A stretch of DNA of 64,000 nt from Andalucia godoyi And28 (taxonomy: Eukaryota; Protista; Jakobida), in contig VRVR01000046.1 of NCBI GenBank assembly GCA_009859145.1, forward strand, positions 1-64,000, given 5' to 3'. Shown piece by piece: positions 9,492 to 18,505 of this stretch (position 1 is its first letter; the number at the start of each line of letters is the position of its first letter). The position numbers and the translations under genes are program-made. Under the pieces are notes generated by a model that was not told where the DNA came from, made no database searches, and was given only the letters and a program-made list of their open reading frames with translations.

Positions 9492-9791
9492 CGCTCGATA
9501 AGTCGTCGTCCATCGCAACGGGCAGATGCAGAAAAGGAGGTGCTGTACGAAGGGAGATTCATGCATAAGCACAGTCAAGTCCGCGACTCACTTGAGCACA
9601 GCAGCGTTTCCACTTTCTTTTTCTGTTTGGGCCGACATCGATTTGAAGCACTGCGGGTTTATTCATCCATCCATCCATTTTATTGATCCATCGATCTACT
9701 GCAAGAAAAACGGCGAAAAACGAATCAGGAAAGGGACAGAAAAGGAAGAAAGAAAAAAATAATAAAAAGGTAGAAGAGCGTCAGGGTTGCG

Positions 9792-10445
9792 ATGGGCGTG
9801 CTGTTCTCTCGTGTGTTTGACTCTCTCTTTGGCTCAAAAGAGCACAGGATACTGATCGTGGGCCTCGATAACGCTGGGAAAACCACCATTCTACGTACGT
9901 GCTCTTCTGAAGTGGGTATATCACTTTTTTTTTCGCTCTGTCCTTTTTCTAATGTTATTTTTTGTGTATATGCTTTCTTCTTTCTTTTTCCGTTTTCTGT
10001 AGACAAACTGCATTCTGGAAATGCCGTGACAACGACTGTCCCGACGATTGGATTCAACGTCGAAAACGTAGAGTTTCAGAACGTCAAACTGAGCGTGTGG
10101 GACCTCGGTGGCCAGTCCTCGATTCGACCATATTGGAGATGCTATTATAACAACACGTCTGGAATTGTCTTTGTAGTCGACAGCTCCGATGCACAGAGAT
10201 TGTCGATTGCAAAGCAGGAGCTCATGATGATGCTTGAAGACGAGGAGCTCAGAGGGGTTCCGCTGCTCGTGTTCGCAAACAAGGCTGATCTTGCAGAATC
10301 GCTGCCGGATGCGCAGATCAGCGTCGCAATGGGCCTGACACATATCCGAGGGCGTCCGTGGACTTTGCAGCGAGCCTCGGCAACCAAGGGTGAGGGAATC
10401 GAAGACGGGTTCTCGTGGCTCACCAGGCACATCCGCAAGAGCTGA
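9792..10445 (+). CDS. ARL1: ADP-ribosylation factor-like GTPase ARL1; intron 9895-10002
   Basis: MG start, GLDNAGKTT, WDLGGQSSIRPYWRCYY (ARL1 signature) and FANKAD. Removing a 108-nt GTACGT...CTAAT...TGTAG intron restores TILHKLH. Confidence 0.95.
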   Translation: MGVLFSRVFDSLFGSKEHRILIVGLDNAGKTTILRTCSSEVGISLFFSLCPFSNVIFCVYAFFFLFPFSVDKLHSGNAVTTTVPTIGFNVENVEFQNVKLSVWDLGGQSSIRPYWRCYYNNTSGIVFVVDSSDAQRLSIAKQELMMMLEDEELRGVPLLVFANKADLAESLPDAQISVAMGLTHIRGRPWTLQRASATKGEGIEDGFSWLTRHIRKS

Positions 10446-10835
10446 GCAGCTGTCTCCAATTCATCCGTACGGTTCCTTCCATCGCAGTGTTTTCGTCCCC
10501 CGCACGCTTTCTGCGCCATCTTTTGCGTTTCCAATACCCTTTGCTTTTTTTCTTCTTTTCCTTTCTCCCGTTCTTATGGTATCTTGTGCCTTCTCGTGCG
10601 ATTCCCTCGTCAGCTTTCTCGATTGACGGACCATCCGGTCGTAGCCCCTCCAAATTTTTATCCTCCATTTCTTTTCTTCTCTGAAATACTATTGTTAATT
10701 TCTTGTTATTATTTTTATTATTGTTATGTTTTCAAGAATGATTACTTTTAGAACACTGTTTGCTTGCTTGCTTGATTGATTGTTTTTGATTCTTTTGGCG
10801 TGTGCGCTACCCAGATTTGGTTCTGCACAGAGACC

Positions 10836-12143
10836 ATGTCTTTTGCGAGATTTGTGTCGTCGTCGGTTCCTCCAAGGCTTGGCGGCGCTGGAGCAGTTGT
10901 GCGACAGACGGTGCGAAATGGTTCTGTCGTGAGCATCCGGCAAGGGAACCCATCGTCGATGAGAATTGAAGCTTCAAAACGAGACTCGTTGGTTCGTCGG
11001 ACGATATCCATGTTTATGCCAGACCGGTATCCACATTCTGTCGATTCTTCCTATGCGCGATTTAGTTTGCTCCAGGGAATACAGCACTTTTCCAACTCAA
11101 TTACAAGCGTCATGTCGACCCAATCGCTGCTGTTGGCGCTCGGTCTCGGCAGCGGCGCCCTTCCGATTGCTGCCACGCTGAACTGGATTCTTAAAGACGG
11201 TCTCGGGCAGCTTGGAGGAATTGTCTTTTCTTCCAGAATGGGAACCATGTTTGATCTGCACACGAAAACTCTGTACATTGCGTCGTCCATTTTCTTTCAA
11301 ATGGCGTGTCTGCTGGAGTATATGTGCCCTTTTGCGGGACCGTATCTGTTTCTCCCGCTTGCGTCTGTTGCAAATGTCGGGAAGAATCTTGCGTGGATTT
11401 CGGCGTCCGCGTCCAAGGTGAAGATGCACCAGTCTCTCTCGACAGATGACAAGGGATCCAATCTCGGAGACTTGACCGCAAAGTCGGGGTCGCAAGCGAC
11501 TGCGTTTTCCATGATTGGCATTGGTTTCAGTGTCATTCTGACCTCATACTTCGGCAATCACCCGGTGACAAACATGACGCTTGGGTTGCTGTTTGCGGCG
11601 TGCTCTGTGGGTGCTGCTGTTGCAGGTGCTGTCACTGTCCCCATGAGAAACGTCACCGAGCCTCGGTTGTTGCATTTATTTGAAATCTTCAGCAAGACAG
11701 GAACAGTCCCAGATCCGTCGTCTCTTCGAAAAGAAGACGTCCTGGTGGAACTGGCATTTATCAAGAAGCGAATCCAGGGCAGGTTTGTCAAGATTAACCC
11801 CGATTTGCGCCGAATCCACGAATTCAACTTGGACGGGCTGTGGAATGTCGCGACAGAAACAAGCAAGAAGACAATTTTTGTGGCAGAAGAAAACGCCTTC
11901 CTTGTCCGAACAGACGCAAGTCCCCACGACGTCTTCCGGGGGTACTGTACAGATGTCTTGCGGCAGTCGGAAGCCGAGTTTGGCCACTTTGTGGAGGCGA
12001 TGACCAAACAAGGATGGGACGTGAAAAACAGCGACCTTGAAGGATCGCGCACCAGTCAGCGATTCGAAGTCGATCCTGCGTCGGCTCAGTCGGAAATTGA
12101 AGAGGACGCCGAGTTCGACTCTACTACGTCAATGAACCGATGA
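10836..12143 (+). CDS. RUS1/RUSF1 (DUF647) family membrane protein
   Basis: FMPDRYPHSVDSSYARF...STQSLLLALGLG...LNWILKDGLGQLGGIVF...NLGDLTAKSGSQ. Confidence 0.88.
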   Translation: MSFARFVSSSVPPRLGGAGAVVRQTVRNGSVVSIRQGNPSSMRIEASKRDSLVRRTISMFMPDRYPHSVDSSYARFSLLQGIQHFSNSITSVMSTQSLLLALGLGSGALPIAATLNWILKDGLGQLGGIVFSSRMGTMFDLHTKTLYIASSIFFQMACLLEYMCPFAGPYLFLPLASVANVGKNLAWISASASKVKMHQSLSTDDKGSNLGDLTAKSGSQATAFSMIGIGFSVILTSYFGNHPVTNMTLGLLFAACSVGAAVAGAVTVPMRNVTEPRLLHLFEIFSKTGTVPDPSSLRKEDVLVELAFIKKRIQGRFVKINPDLRRIHEFNLDGLWNVATETSKKTIFVAEENAFLVRTDASPHDVFRGYCTDVLRQSEAEFGHFVEAMTKQGWDVKNSDLEGSRTSQRFEVDPASAQSEIEEDAEFDSTTSMNR

Positions 12144-12991
12144 AAGTACACCACCACACAAGACACATTGTCTCTGTGCTTTCTCGAAAAGTTTTTGATG
12201 GCAGTACGGCATATCGTCTGTGCGCATTCTGTGGCAGATTTTGATTCCTTTCTGTGCGTCGCAACAATCTGGGCGACTTGGTTATCCGACAGCGCGTTCC
12301 ACACACCATCGGAAGCAATGACCGCGCCAATGTGGTTTCCAGGCTCAATTTTGATGGGCGGCATAACGTATGGTTCTCCGGAAACAAAGTCGCCACAGAT
12401 CCGAGGGTCGCCGTCGCACACCACTTGGTTAAATGGATGCTTCATGTGATGGTCTCCCAGGGATCTCGACAAGTTGATCACTCCTAGGACGCGGTTTCCC
12501 ATGATGATTCCGCCTGCCTTTTCTATTCTCTTCCTTTCGTCTTCGTTCAGCAGATTGTGCTCTGCTGACATGCGGATCGCAGTCCCATCCGACACCACCA
12601 TTACAGCTCGCGAATCTCCCGTGTTCGCTGTGTAGAGCTTATCTCCATAGACCAAGACGATTGTTGCCGTACACCCACCGTCGACCCCACGACCAGTTAT
12701 TTCAAGAAGCGCCTCGTCTTCGAGAAGAAACGCTTGCTGCAGTGCCACCTCCACGTGCTCGGGGGACGAGAATTTCGGATGTCGCAGTATCAAGTCCGGC
12801 ATGTGATCCCGGGCGTGCTCTGCAAACTGGTCTGTTCCGTGACCATCAAAAATGCATGCGAGCGTGACGTTGTATGGCGTGGAGGTCTTGCCAGGATCAA
12901 GAACAAACAAGGTGTCTTCCATGTACGGAAGCCCAGCCGAATCTTTTGAGTGGCCTGTTTCCACTTGCCAAAATGGGCGCGCTGACGACAT
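12086..12991 (-). CDS. Protein phosphatase 2C (PPM family)
   Basis: MEDT, IFDGHG, GCTA, ANTGDSR, SRSLGD, ASDGVW and DNVS motifs; the metal-binding Asp residues are intact. Confidence 0.93.
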   Translation of the reverse strand: MSSARPFWQVETGHSKDSAGLPYMEDTLFVLDPGKTSTPYNVTLACIFDGHGTDQFAEHARDHMPDLILRHPKFSSPEHVEVALQQAFLLEDEALLEITGRGVDGGCTATIVLVYGDKLYTANTGDSRAVMVVSDGTAIRMSAEHNLLNEDERKRIEKAGGIIMGNRVLGVINLSRSLGDHHMKHPFNQVVCDGDPRICGDFVSGEPYVMPPIKIEPGNHIGAVIASDGVWNALSDNQVAQIVATHRKESKSATECAQTICRTAIKNFSRKHRDNVSCVVVYFHRFIDVVESNSASSSISD

Positions 12992-13339
12992 GTATGTGGG
13001 TCGTGGTGAAGATGCTGAAGAGGAGGGAGGAGGGGTGGATAAAGTTATGAATTCTATTTGCACGAACCGCAATTCTAATGCCAATACGAGAAAAGTGGCG
13101 GAGAATGATGAAGAAGAAATAGAAAGGAAAAAAAGGTTGCCATCCCTCTTGCTGCTGTTGCTGTTTACATTCGTGAAATCATGGGGGAGGAGTTGGGGAG
13201 ATAATAAAATAGCCTCATTGGTCCGTGCACTGGTGCCACGCCGCAGCAGATCTGCACGTCAGATACTGTCTGTCAAATTACACGACGCATCGCCAAAAAA
13301 AAAAAAAAAAAAACAGCATTTAATTAAGTGTTTTAAATT

Positions 13340-13374
13340 GAAAACCGAAACCGAAACCGAAACCGAACCGAAAC
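13340..13374 (+). repeat. Short (GAAACC)n tandem repeat
   Basis: gaaaaccgaaaccgaaaccgaaaccgaaccgaaac in the PP2C/GH162 intergenic region. Confidence 0.8.
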
Positions 13375-13554
13375 GACTCATGCGCCGGTTTTTCAGCATG
13401 TATGCATTGATTCCTGATTAGTAAGTTTTGGGGGAAACCCGACAACCAAGGTCCCAAAGTCCCAACGGAGACCAGCTGACCGATCTTTTGGAGCAAGAGA
13501 ATTGAAGGAGGAATAGGGGAGGTCGCCGTTCCGTCAGATTACGAAAAGGAGTGT

Positions 13555-15105
13555 ATGGGGAATTTGAATCTTCTGCTTGTCGCCATTGGACTGGTGTCGA
13601 GTGTCTTGCATGTTATTAATGCAGGATCCTGTCGGTTTGCGCTCAATTACACAGTGCACGATATGTTGACATCGGAATATGCTCGCCAGTCCTTCGTGGC
13701 GCAGTACTTAGCAGGCGAGGCAGAGTTTATACAGCTTGCAGGCCTGGATCATCAGCTGGGAATGACCTTTGATGGTCGCCAACTGGACATTCACACGGGA
13801 CTCCTGTTTGAGGAAGGCCATCGGTTCTCAGCAGCATCGAAGGAGTCGCTGCATTGGGCAATTCTGCTCAAGATTCTGGAGAAGGATCCAAGAGCGGCTC
13901 CGTTTGGCACAATTGACGCGGCATTCGAAGTGCTGGATACCAAGATGTCGACGTATGAGCAATTCAATCGAGAGTTCCCTGGATTTGGTGGCTACCTGCC
14001 GTGGGTTGCCTACGACGAGGCGTCCGATCACATGACTCCCTCTTGGGATTTCCAGAACCGTGTGCCGGCACTTGACAACGGCGAGTTGTTCTGGGCCGCC
14101 TATGCTGTCGCATACCGCCTCGAAAAGTCGTTCCCGGACGCTCCGTTCAACTTGGCTGTCCGTGTCCGTGCTTGGATGGATTTGATGATCAAGTACGCAA
14201 CTGTAGTGTTCTATGATGGAAACGGCCACATTCGAGCGGTCACCCGGATTGGAAACCAGTCTGTAGTTCCCGAGAAGAACACATACAGCAACGACGGCTG
14301 TGTGGCAAACTGTTATTTAGACGACCCGTATGAAGGCGAGTTGTTCACCAACATTATTTACCTGTTTTCGAGTATCTCCGATGCAGAGAAGAAGCAAATT
14401 TGGATCAACAAACGGGCCAAGCTGCAACGCGTTGAATTTGCGGTTCCCGGTAGTTCCAGTTCCATTACTGTGCAGCGCGGATGGTGGATGTCGTCTCACG
14501 AGCAATGGAAGTATTTGTTCATGCCGTACCTGTCGAGTCCGATCCACAAGCGACTCTTCATGAATGCAGAGCGGGCACGATCTTGGAACTCGAATGCGCA
14601 GAAGATTCCTGGGCTCTATGCGTCGGTCAATGCACCTATCTACTCGAACGACGAGCACATGAACTACTTCTCGGACTGCGGTATCCAGCCGATCGCATTC
14701 GAGATGGTGTCGCATCATGACGTCGTTACGCCTTATGGGGCCTATCCAATGCTCCTAATAGCACCCGAATTTGGCCTGTCGTGGCTGTTGAACATGATCC
14801 AGGGCCCTCGTGGACAGAGCATAGTGGGCACGATTGAAGCACTGAACATCACCGGAACGGGGGTTGCTCCGATCGCCACCTGGGACTCAAAAATCACCAA
14901 CGTCGTCGCTCTTCTTGGCGGCACCTGGGAAACCAACTCACTCGCACTGAAAGACCTGGGTCTTCTGGACGATTTCCTTGATGTTGTAACCTCGGAATGG
15001 GAAACTGTCTTTCCGGATCCATTGCTCGGAGAAGACTTGCCCCTGGCGACCCCGTCTGCTCAGATTCCGTACAATTCTGAAATCTCATTTTCAACCTGCC
15101 AATAA
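13555..15105 (+). CDS. Secreted endo-beta-1,2-glucanase, glycoside hydrolase family 162-like
   Basis: Signal peptide, then CRF, GMTFDG, HRFSAASKESL, FNREFPGFGGYLPW, WDFQNRVPALDNGELFWA, LDDPYEGELF, GWWMSSHEQWKY and TWDSKIT, which I recall as the motif series of fungal GH162 (TfSGL-type) enzymes. Confidence 0.82.
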   Translation: MGNLNLLLVAIGLVSSVLHVINAGSCRFALNYTVHDMLTSEYARQSFVAQYLAGEAEFIQLAGLDHQLGMTFDGRQLDIHTGLLFEEGHRFSAASKESLHWAILLKILEKDPRAAPFGTIDAAFEVLDTKMSTYEQFNREFPGFGGYLPWVAYDEASDHMTPSWDFQNRVPALDNGELFWAAYAVAYRLEKSFPDAPFNLAVRVRAWMDLMIKYATVVFYDGNGHIRAVTRIGNQSVVPEKNTYSNDGCVANCYLDDPYEGELFTNIIYLFSSISDAEKKQIWINKRAKLQRVEFAVPGSSSSITVQRGWWMSSHEQWKYLFMPYLSSPIHKRLFMNAERARSWNSNAQKIPGLYASVNAPIYSNDEHMNYFSDCGIQPIAFEMVSHHDVVTPYGAYPMLLIAPEFGLSWLLNMIQGPRGQSIVGTIEALNITGTGVAPIATWDSKITNVVALLGGTWETNSLALKDLGLLDDFLDVVTSEWETVFPDPLLGEDLPLATPSAQIPYNSEISFSTCQ

Positions 15106-15482
15106 AAGACCTTCCTTTGTTCCTTCTTCTCTGCTATTCCATTCTTTCTGTTTTTCATTTTACTTTGTTTTAATGATTTTGATTATGGGGAGCTTTGGTG
15201 TTTGTTCCGTTTTAATTTTTTCATCTTCCTGCTCCTGTTTCATCGTCGTGCATCCCAGCATGCACGGCACTACGCGAGAGAAGACTTTTTCCCCAGGTTC
15301 GTTTTCTTCACAGATTGCACGATAGGAAGTGCAATGGAAGGCACGGGGTGGACAACTACGTCCGCAGAAAAAGTCGACGTGGGTTTGGTTGTTTCCCCCC
15401 CTCCCCTTCCTTTTGCTTTTTTTTTTACGAACTTGGATGAGAATCCCGTTTCGCTCCGGGAAAGCTGGGGGCGGTGTGTGGA

Positions 15483-16550
15483 ATGCAGCCGATGAAGCGT
15501 GATTTAGAGGATAGGTCGGCCGAGTCCGCGTCGAAAAAGGCATTGGTGGACACGACTGTGATATCGGCTCGACTTGCAGCGCTGAAAACGAAGATTGCCA
15601 AGAGCCATACCCTTCCCGCTACAGCTGCCCTAACATCTCGAGAAACCGCGCTTGAATGGTGGGACGTTCCGCTTGTCTCGGGCCCGTTTTACGAGTCGTG
15701 CTGCGTATCAAGTCAGCATGTTCAGGCAGGTGTGTATGCAGATGCTACACGATTGTCGACGTTTACGTTCCGCGACTCTGCAATTTCTGAGCATGTCTTT
15801 CACCCTGTTCCGTTTGCGCATCCGTTTTCAAAATCATTGCCCGATCATTCTGGGAATCCAGTCGTTATGCAAGTGATGCTGACAAAAGAAGAAAAGCGAA
15901 AGCTGAAGAGAGAGAAGGCCCGCGCACGGCAAGAACATGAGCGGGAGATGATTCTTGCGGGGCTCATGGATCCGCCGATGCCGCGACTTACAATGAAGAA
16001 CGTGCTTCGCGTGCTTGGAAGCGAGCATGCGAAGGACCCCACTGCAGTAGAGAAGCTTGTCCGAGATCAGATTGCTGCGCGATTGCGAAAACACGAAGAG
16101 GAAAACGAAGCGCGAAAGTTGGATGCAGAGGGTCGACGGACGAAGCGGTGGGCTCGGATGCAGCGAGATGCTGAGCGCGGCACTGAGTTTCGCGTCTACA
16201 AGATTGCCAATCTGCAGCATCCCAAGCTGCGATTCAAGATCGCGACCAATGCAAAGCAAATGTACATTTCAGGATCGGCGGTTTTAGTCAGAGGCGAGCC
16301 GGGAGGCGTGCTGCTTTGCGAAGGAGGGCCGCGAATGCTCGGCAAGTTTGGTCGACTGCTTTCAAATCGTATCCAGTGGGAAGACATGGACAGCAAATGT
16401 TCTCTGGTGTGGTCCGGACTGGTCGCACAAAGACTCTTTCACGACTTTCTCATCCACGAGTTTGAATCGCAGCACGCTGCCGAGCAGTATCTTTCTGCAC
16501 ACGACGCAGCCGCATTCTACTCCATTGCTCTCAAGTCGCCACAGCAATGA
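15483..16550 (+). CDS. PRPF3: U4/U6 snRNP protein Prp3
   Basis: LTKEEKRKLKRE...ILAGLMDPPMPRLTMKNVLRVLG...DPTAVEKLVRDQIAARLRKHEEENEARKL, plus a C-terminal DUF1115-like domain. The start is ATG 15483 or 15492. Confidence 0.92.
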   Translation: MQPMKRDLEDRSAESASKKALVDTTVISARLAALKTKIAKSHTLPATAALTSRETALEWWDVPLVSGPFYESCCVSSQHVQAGVYADATRLSTFTFRDSAISEHVFHPVPFAHPFSKSLPDHSGNPVVMQVMLTKEEKRKLKREKARARQEHEREMILAGLMDPPMPRLTMKNVLRVLGSEHAKDPTAVEKLVRDQIAARLRKHEEENEARKLDAEGRRTKRWARMQRDAERGTEFRVYKIANLQHPKLRFKIATNAKQMYISGSAVLVRGEPGGVLLCEGGPRMLGKFGRLLSNRIQWEDMDSKCSLVWSGLVAQRLFHDFLIHEFESQHAAEQYLSAHDAAAFYSIALKSPQQ

Positions 16551-17330
16551 CATGGCGAACTCACCAATTTATTTTATGTACATTGTTTTTACTATTTTTT
16601 TACTATTGTTGCTGTCGTTGTTATTTCTCTTCCCCCCCCCCCCAACCCCCCTCCCCGCCCCTGCTGCTTGAATGGATTCTGATCAATGCGCCCGGCGGCA
16701 CTGAAGCCTGCAAGACGTTTCAGAAAATGCAGCTTCCGCTCGCCAAAACATGAATCATTATTGGTCATCATCGGGGTAAGCTGTCACCGAAGACAGATCC
16801 AAGCCATATGCTCTTTTTTTTTTTTTGTTAGTGCTGTTGTTCTTGTTTTTTAATTTGGGGGTGAGCACCAACTCTTCAATGCAGATTGCTCTGCATCAGG
16901 GGGGTCATCGCAACCGACAGACTCCCCAATCGATTCAACATTCAAAAATGAACATTCGAGGAAACAAAATGTGGTCGGCGAACGATGCTTTTACCTTTGC
17001 TCCTTCTTGTTCTCTGACGTGAAAAAGCGCATTTCGAACACAATCGATCACTTCTTTGTGATTTGATGATCATCCGCTTGCTCAGCAAGAGCAGTAAGTA
17101 ATAGAAAGAAGAAGAAAAGTGAAGCACAAAGCTGTCAACCGTACATTTTTTTGCTTTTTGTTTATGTAATTATTGTTATTTTTTGTTTTCATATTTGATT
17201 TAGTGTTGAGAAGATTTGGACTTTTATCAAGTCCTTCATTCTTTTGGTTGTTGGTTGTTGGTTGTTGGCTGTTGGCTGATTCTTAGAGTTTTGTGCTGCT
17301 TCCTTTGTGTTGGCATGGTTGAATTCCGCA

Positions 17331-18422
17331 ATGGAGCTTCTTCCGATGATATTTGACCGAGAACGTGGGTTCCGAGTATTGAATCAGTTGCTGCTTCCAG
17401 GGGTTGTGGAATATGTTTCGGTGCAGACCTGTGAACAAGGCTTTGACGCGATTCGTTCGATGAAGGTTCGTGGTGCGCCTGCGATTGCAATTTCCGCAGC
17501 GCTTTCTCTGGCATCTGAGCTTCTTTTCAAGGATGTGTCGTCCGATTCGTCCACAGACACAGCGAAGTTCATCTTGGACAAACTGCACTACCTGTCCGAG
17601 TCGCGTCCGACTGCTGTGAACTTGTCTAAAGCCGTTGCACAGCTGAGCAGCATGGTTGCGGCGGCACAGTCAGATGGATTGTCTTCTGTGGAAATCAAAG
17701 AATGTTTCATTGCAGCAGCAGAGACAATGCTGGTTACCGATGCTCAGGACAATGAGCATTTGGCCAAGTTTGGCGTCCAATGGTTGGTGGACAGGTATTC
17801 TGATGGCCGCAAGCTGCGTGTGGCTACTCATTGTAATACGGGAGCATTGGCAACCGCGAGATACGGCACGGCACTTGGGATCATTAGGTTTCTTTTCAAA
17901 CAAGGCCGCATTGAACATGTCTACGCAACCGAAACTCGACCCTACAACCAGGGTGCGAGATTGACGATCTTTGAATTGCAGTACGAGGGAATTCCTGCAA
18001 CGTTGATTTGCGACTCTGCTGCTGCATTCCTGATGCAGAAACAATGCATCGATGCTGTGATTGTCGGTGCGGATCGAGTGTGTGCAAATGGAGACACGGC
18101 GAATAAGATAGGGACGTATTCTCTTGCGGTCAATGCGCAGTTCCACAATGTTCCATTCATTGTCGCAGCGCCGTCCACCAGCATAGACTTGAACTTGACC
18201 GACGGTTCTCTGATTCCTATCGAAGAGAGAAGCAGTGCAGAAATTACGCACAACACTTCGGGCCTCCGGGTGGTTGTCGAAGGCGCGCAGGTGTGGAATC
18301 CTTCATTCGATGTCACTCCGTCGCATTTGATTGGAGCCGTTGTTTCGGAGCTAGGAGTCGTCTCTCACCACGAGCTGGATGGTTCGCTGGATGTTTCCAA
18401 AATCGTCCATCGAAAATCCTGA
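17331..18422 (+). CDS. MRI1: Methylthioribose-1-phosphate isomerase
   Basis: LNQLLLP, MKVRGAPAIA, SRPTAVNL, THCNTGALATARYGTALG, ETRPYNQGARLT, GADRVCANGDTANKIGTY. Confidence 0.96.
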   Translation: MELLPMIFDRERGFRVLNQLLLPGVVEYVSVQTCEQGFDAIRSMKVRGAPAIAISAALSLASELLFKDVSSDSSTDTAKFILDKLHYLSESRPTAVNLSKAVAQLSSMVAAAQSDGLSSVEIKECFIAAAETMLVTDAQDNEHLAKFGVQWLVDRYSDGRKLRVATHCNTGALATARYGTALGIIRFLFKQGRIEHVYATETRPYNQGARLTIFELQYEGIPATLICDSAAAFLMQKQCIDAVIVGADRVCANGDTANKIGTYSLAVNAQFHNVPFIVAAPSTSIDLNLTDGSLIPIEERSSAEITHNTSGLRVVVEGAQVWNPSFDVTPSHLIGAVVSELGVVSHHELDGSLDVSKIVHRKS

Positions 18423-18505
18423 TTCTTCACACAACAGACATTTATGTTTGCATTCATTTCATCCAATTACACAGAGAATCATGACGCCATACGCGCGACC
18501 ATTCA

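Noticed and set aside
16700-16790. Possible C/D box snoRNA on the minus strand (AUGAUGA...CUGA)
   Set aside because: No terminal stem, no clear C'/D' boxes, and no guide I can match to rRNA.
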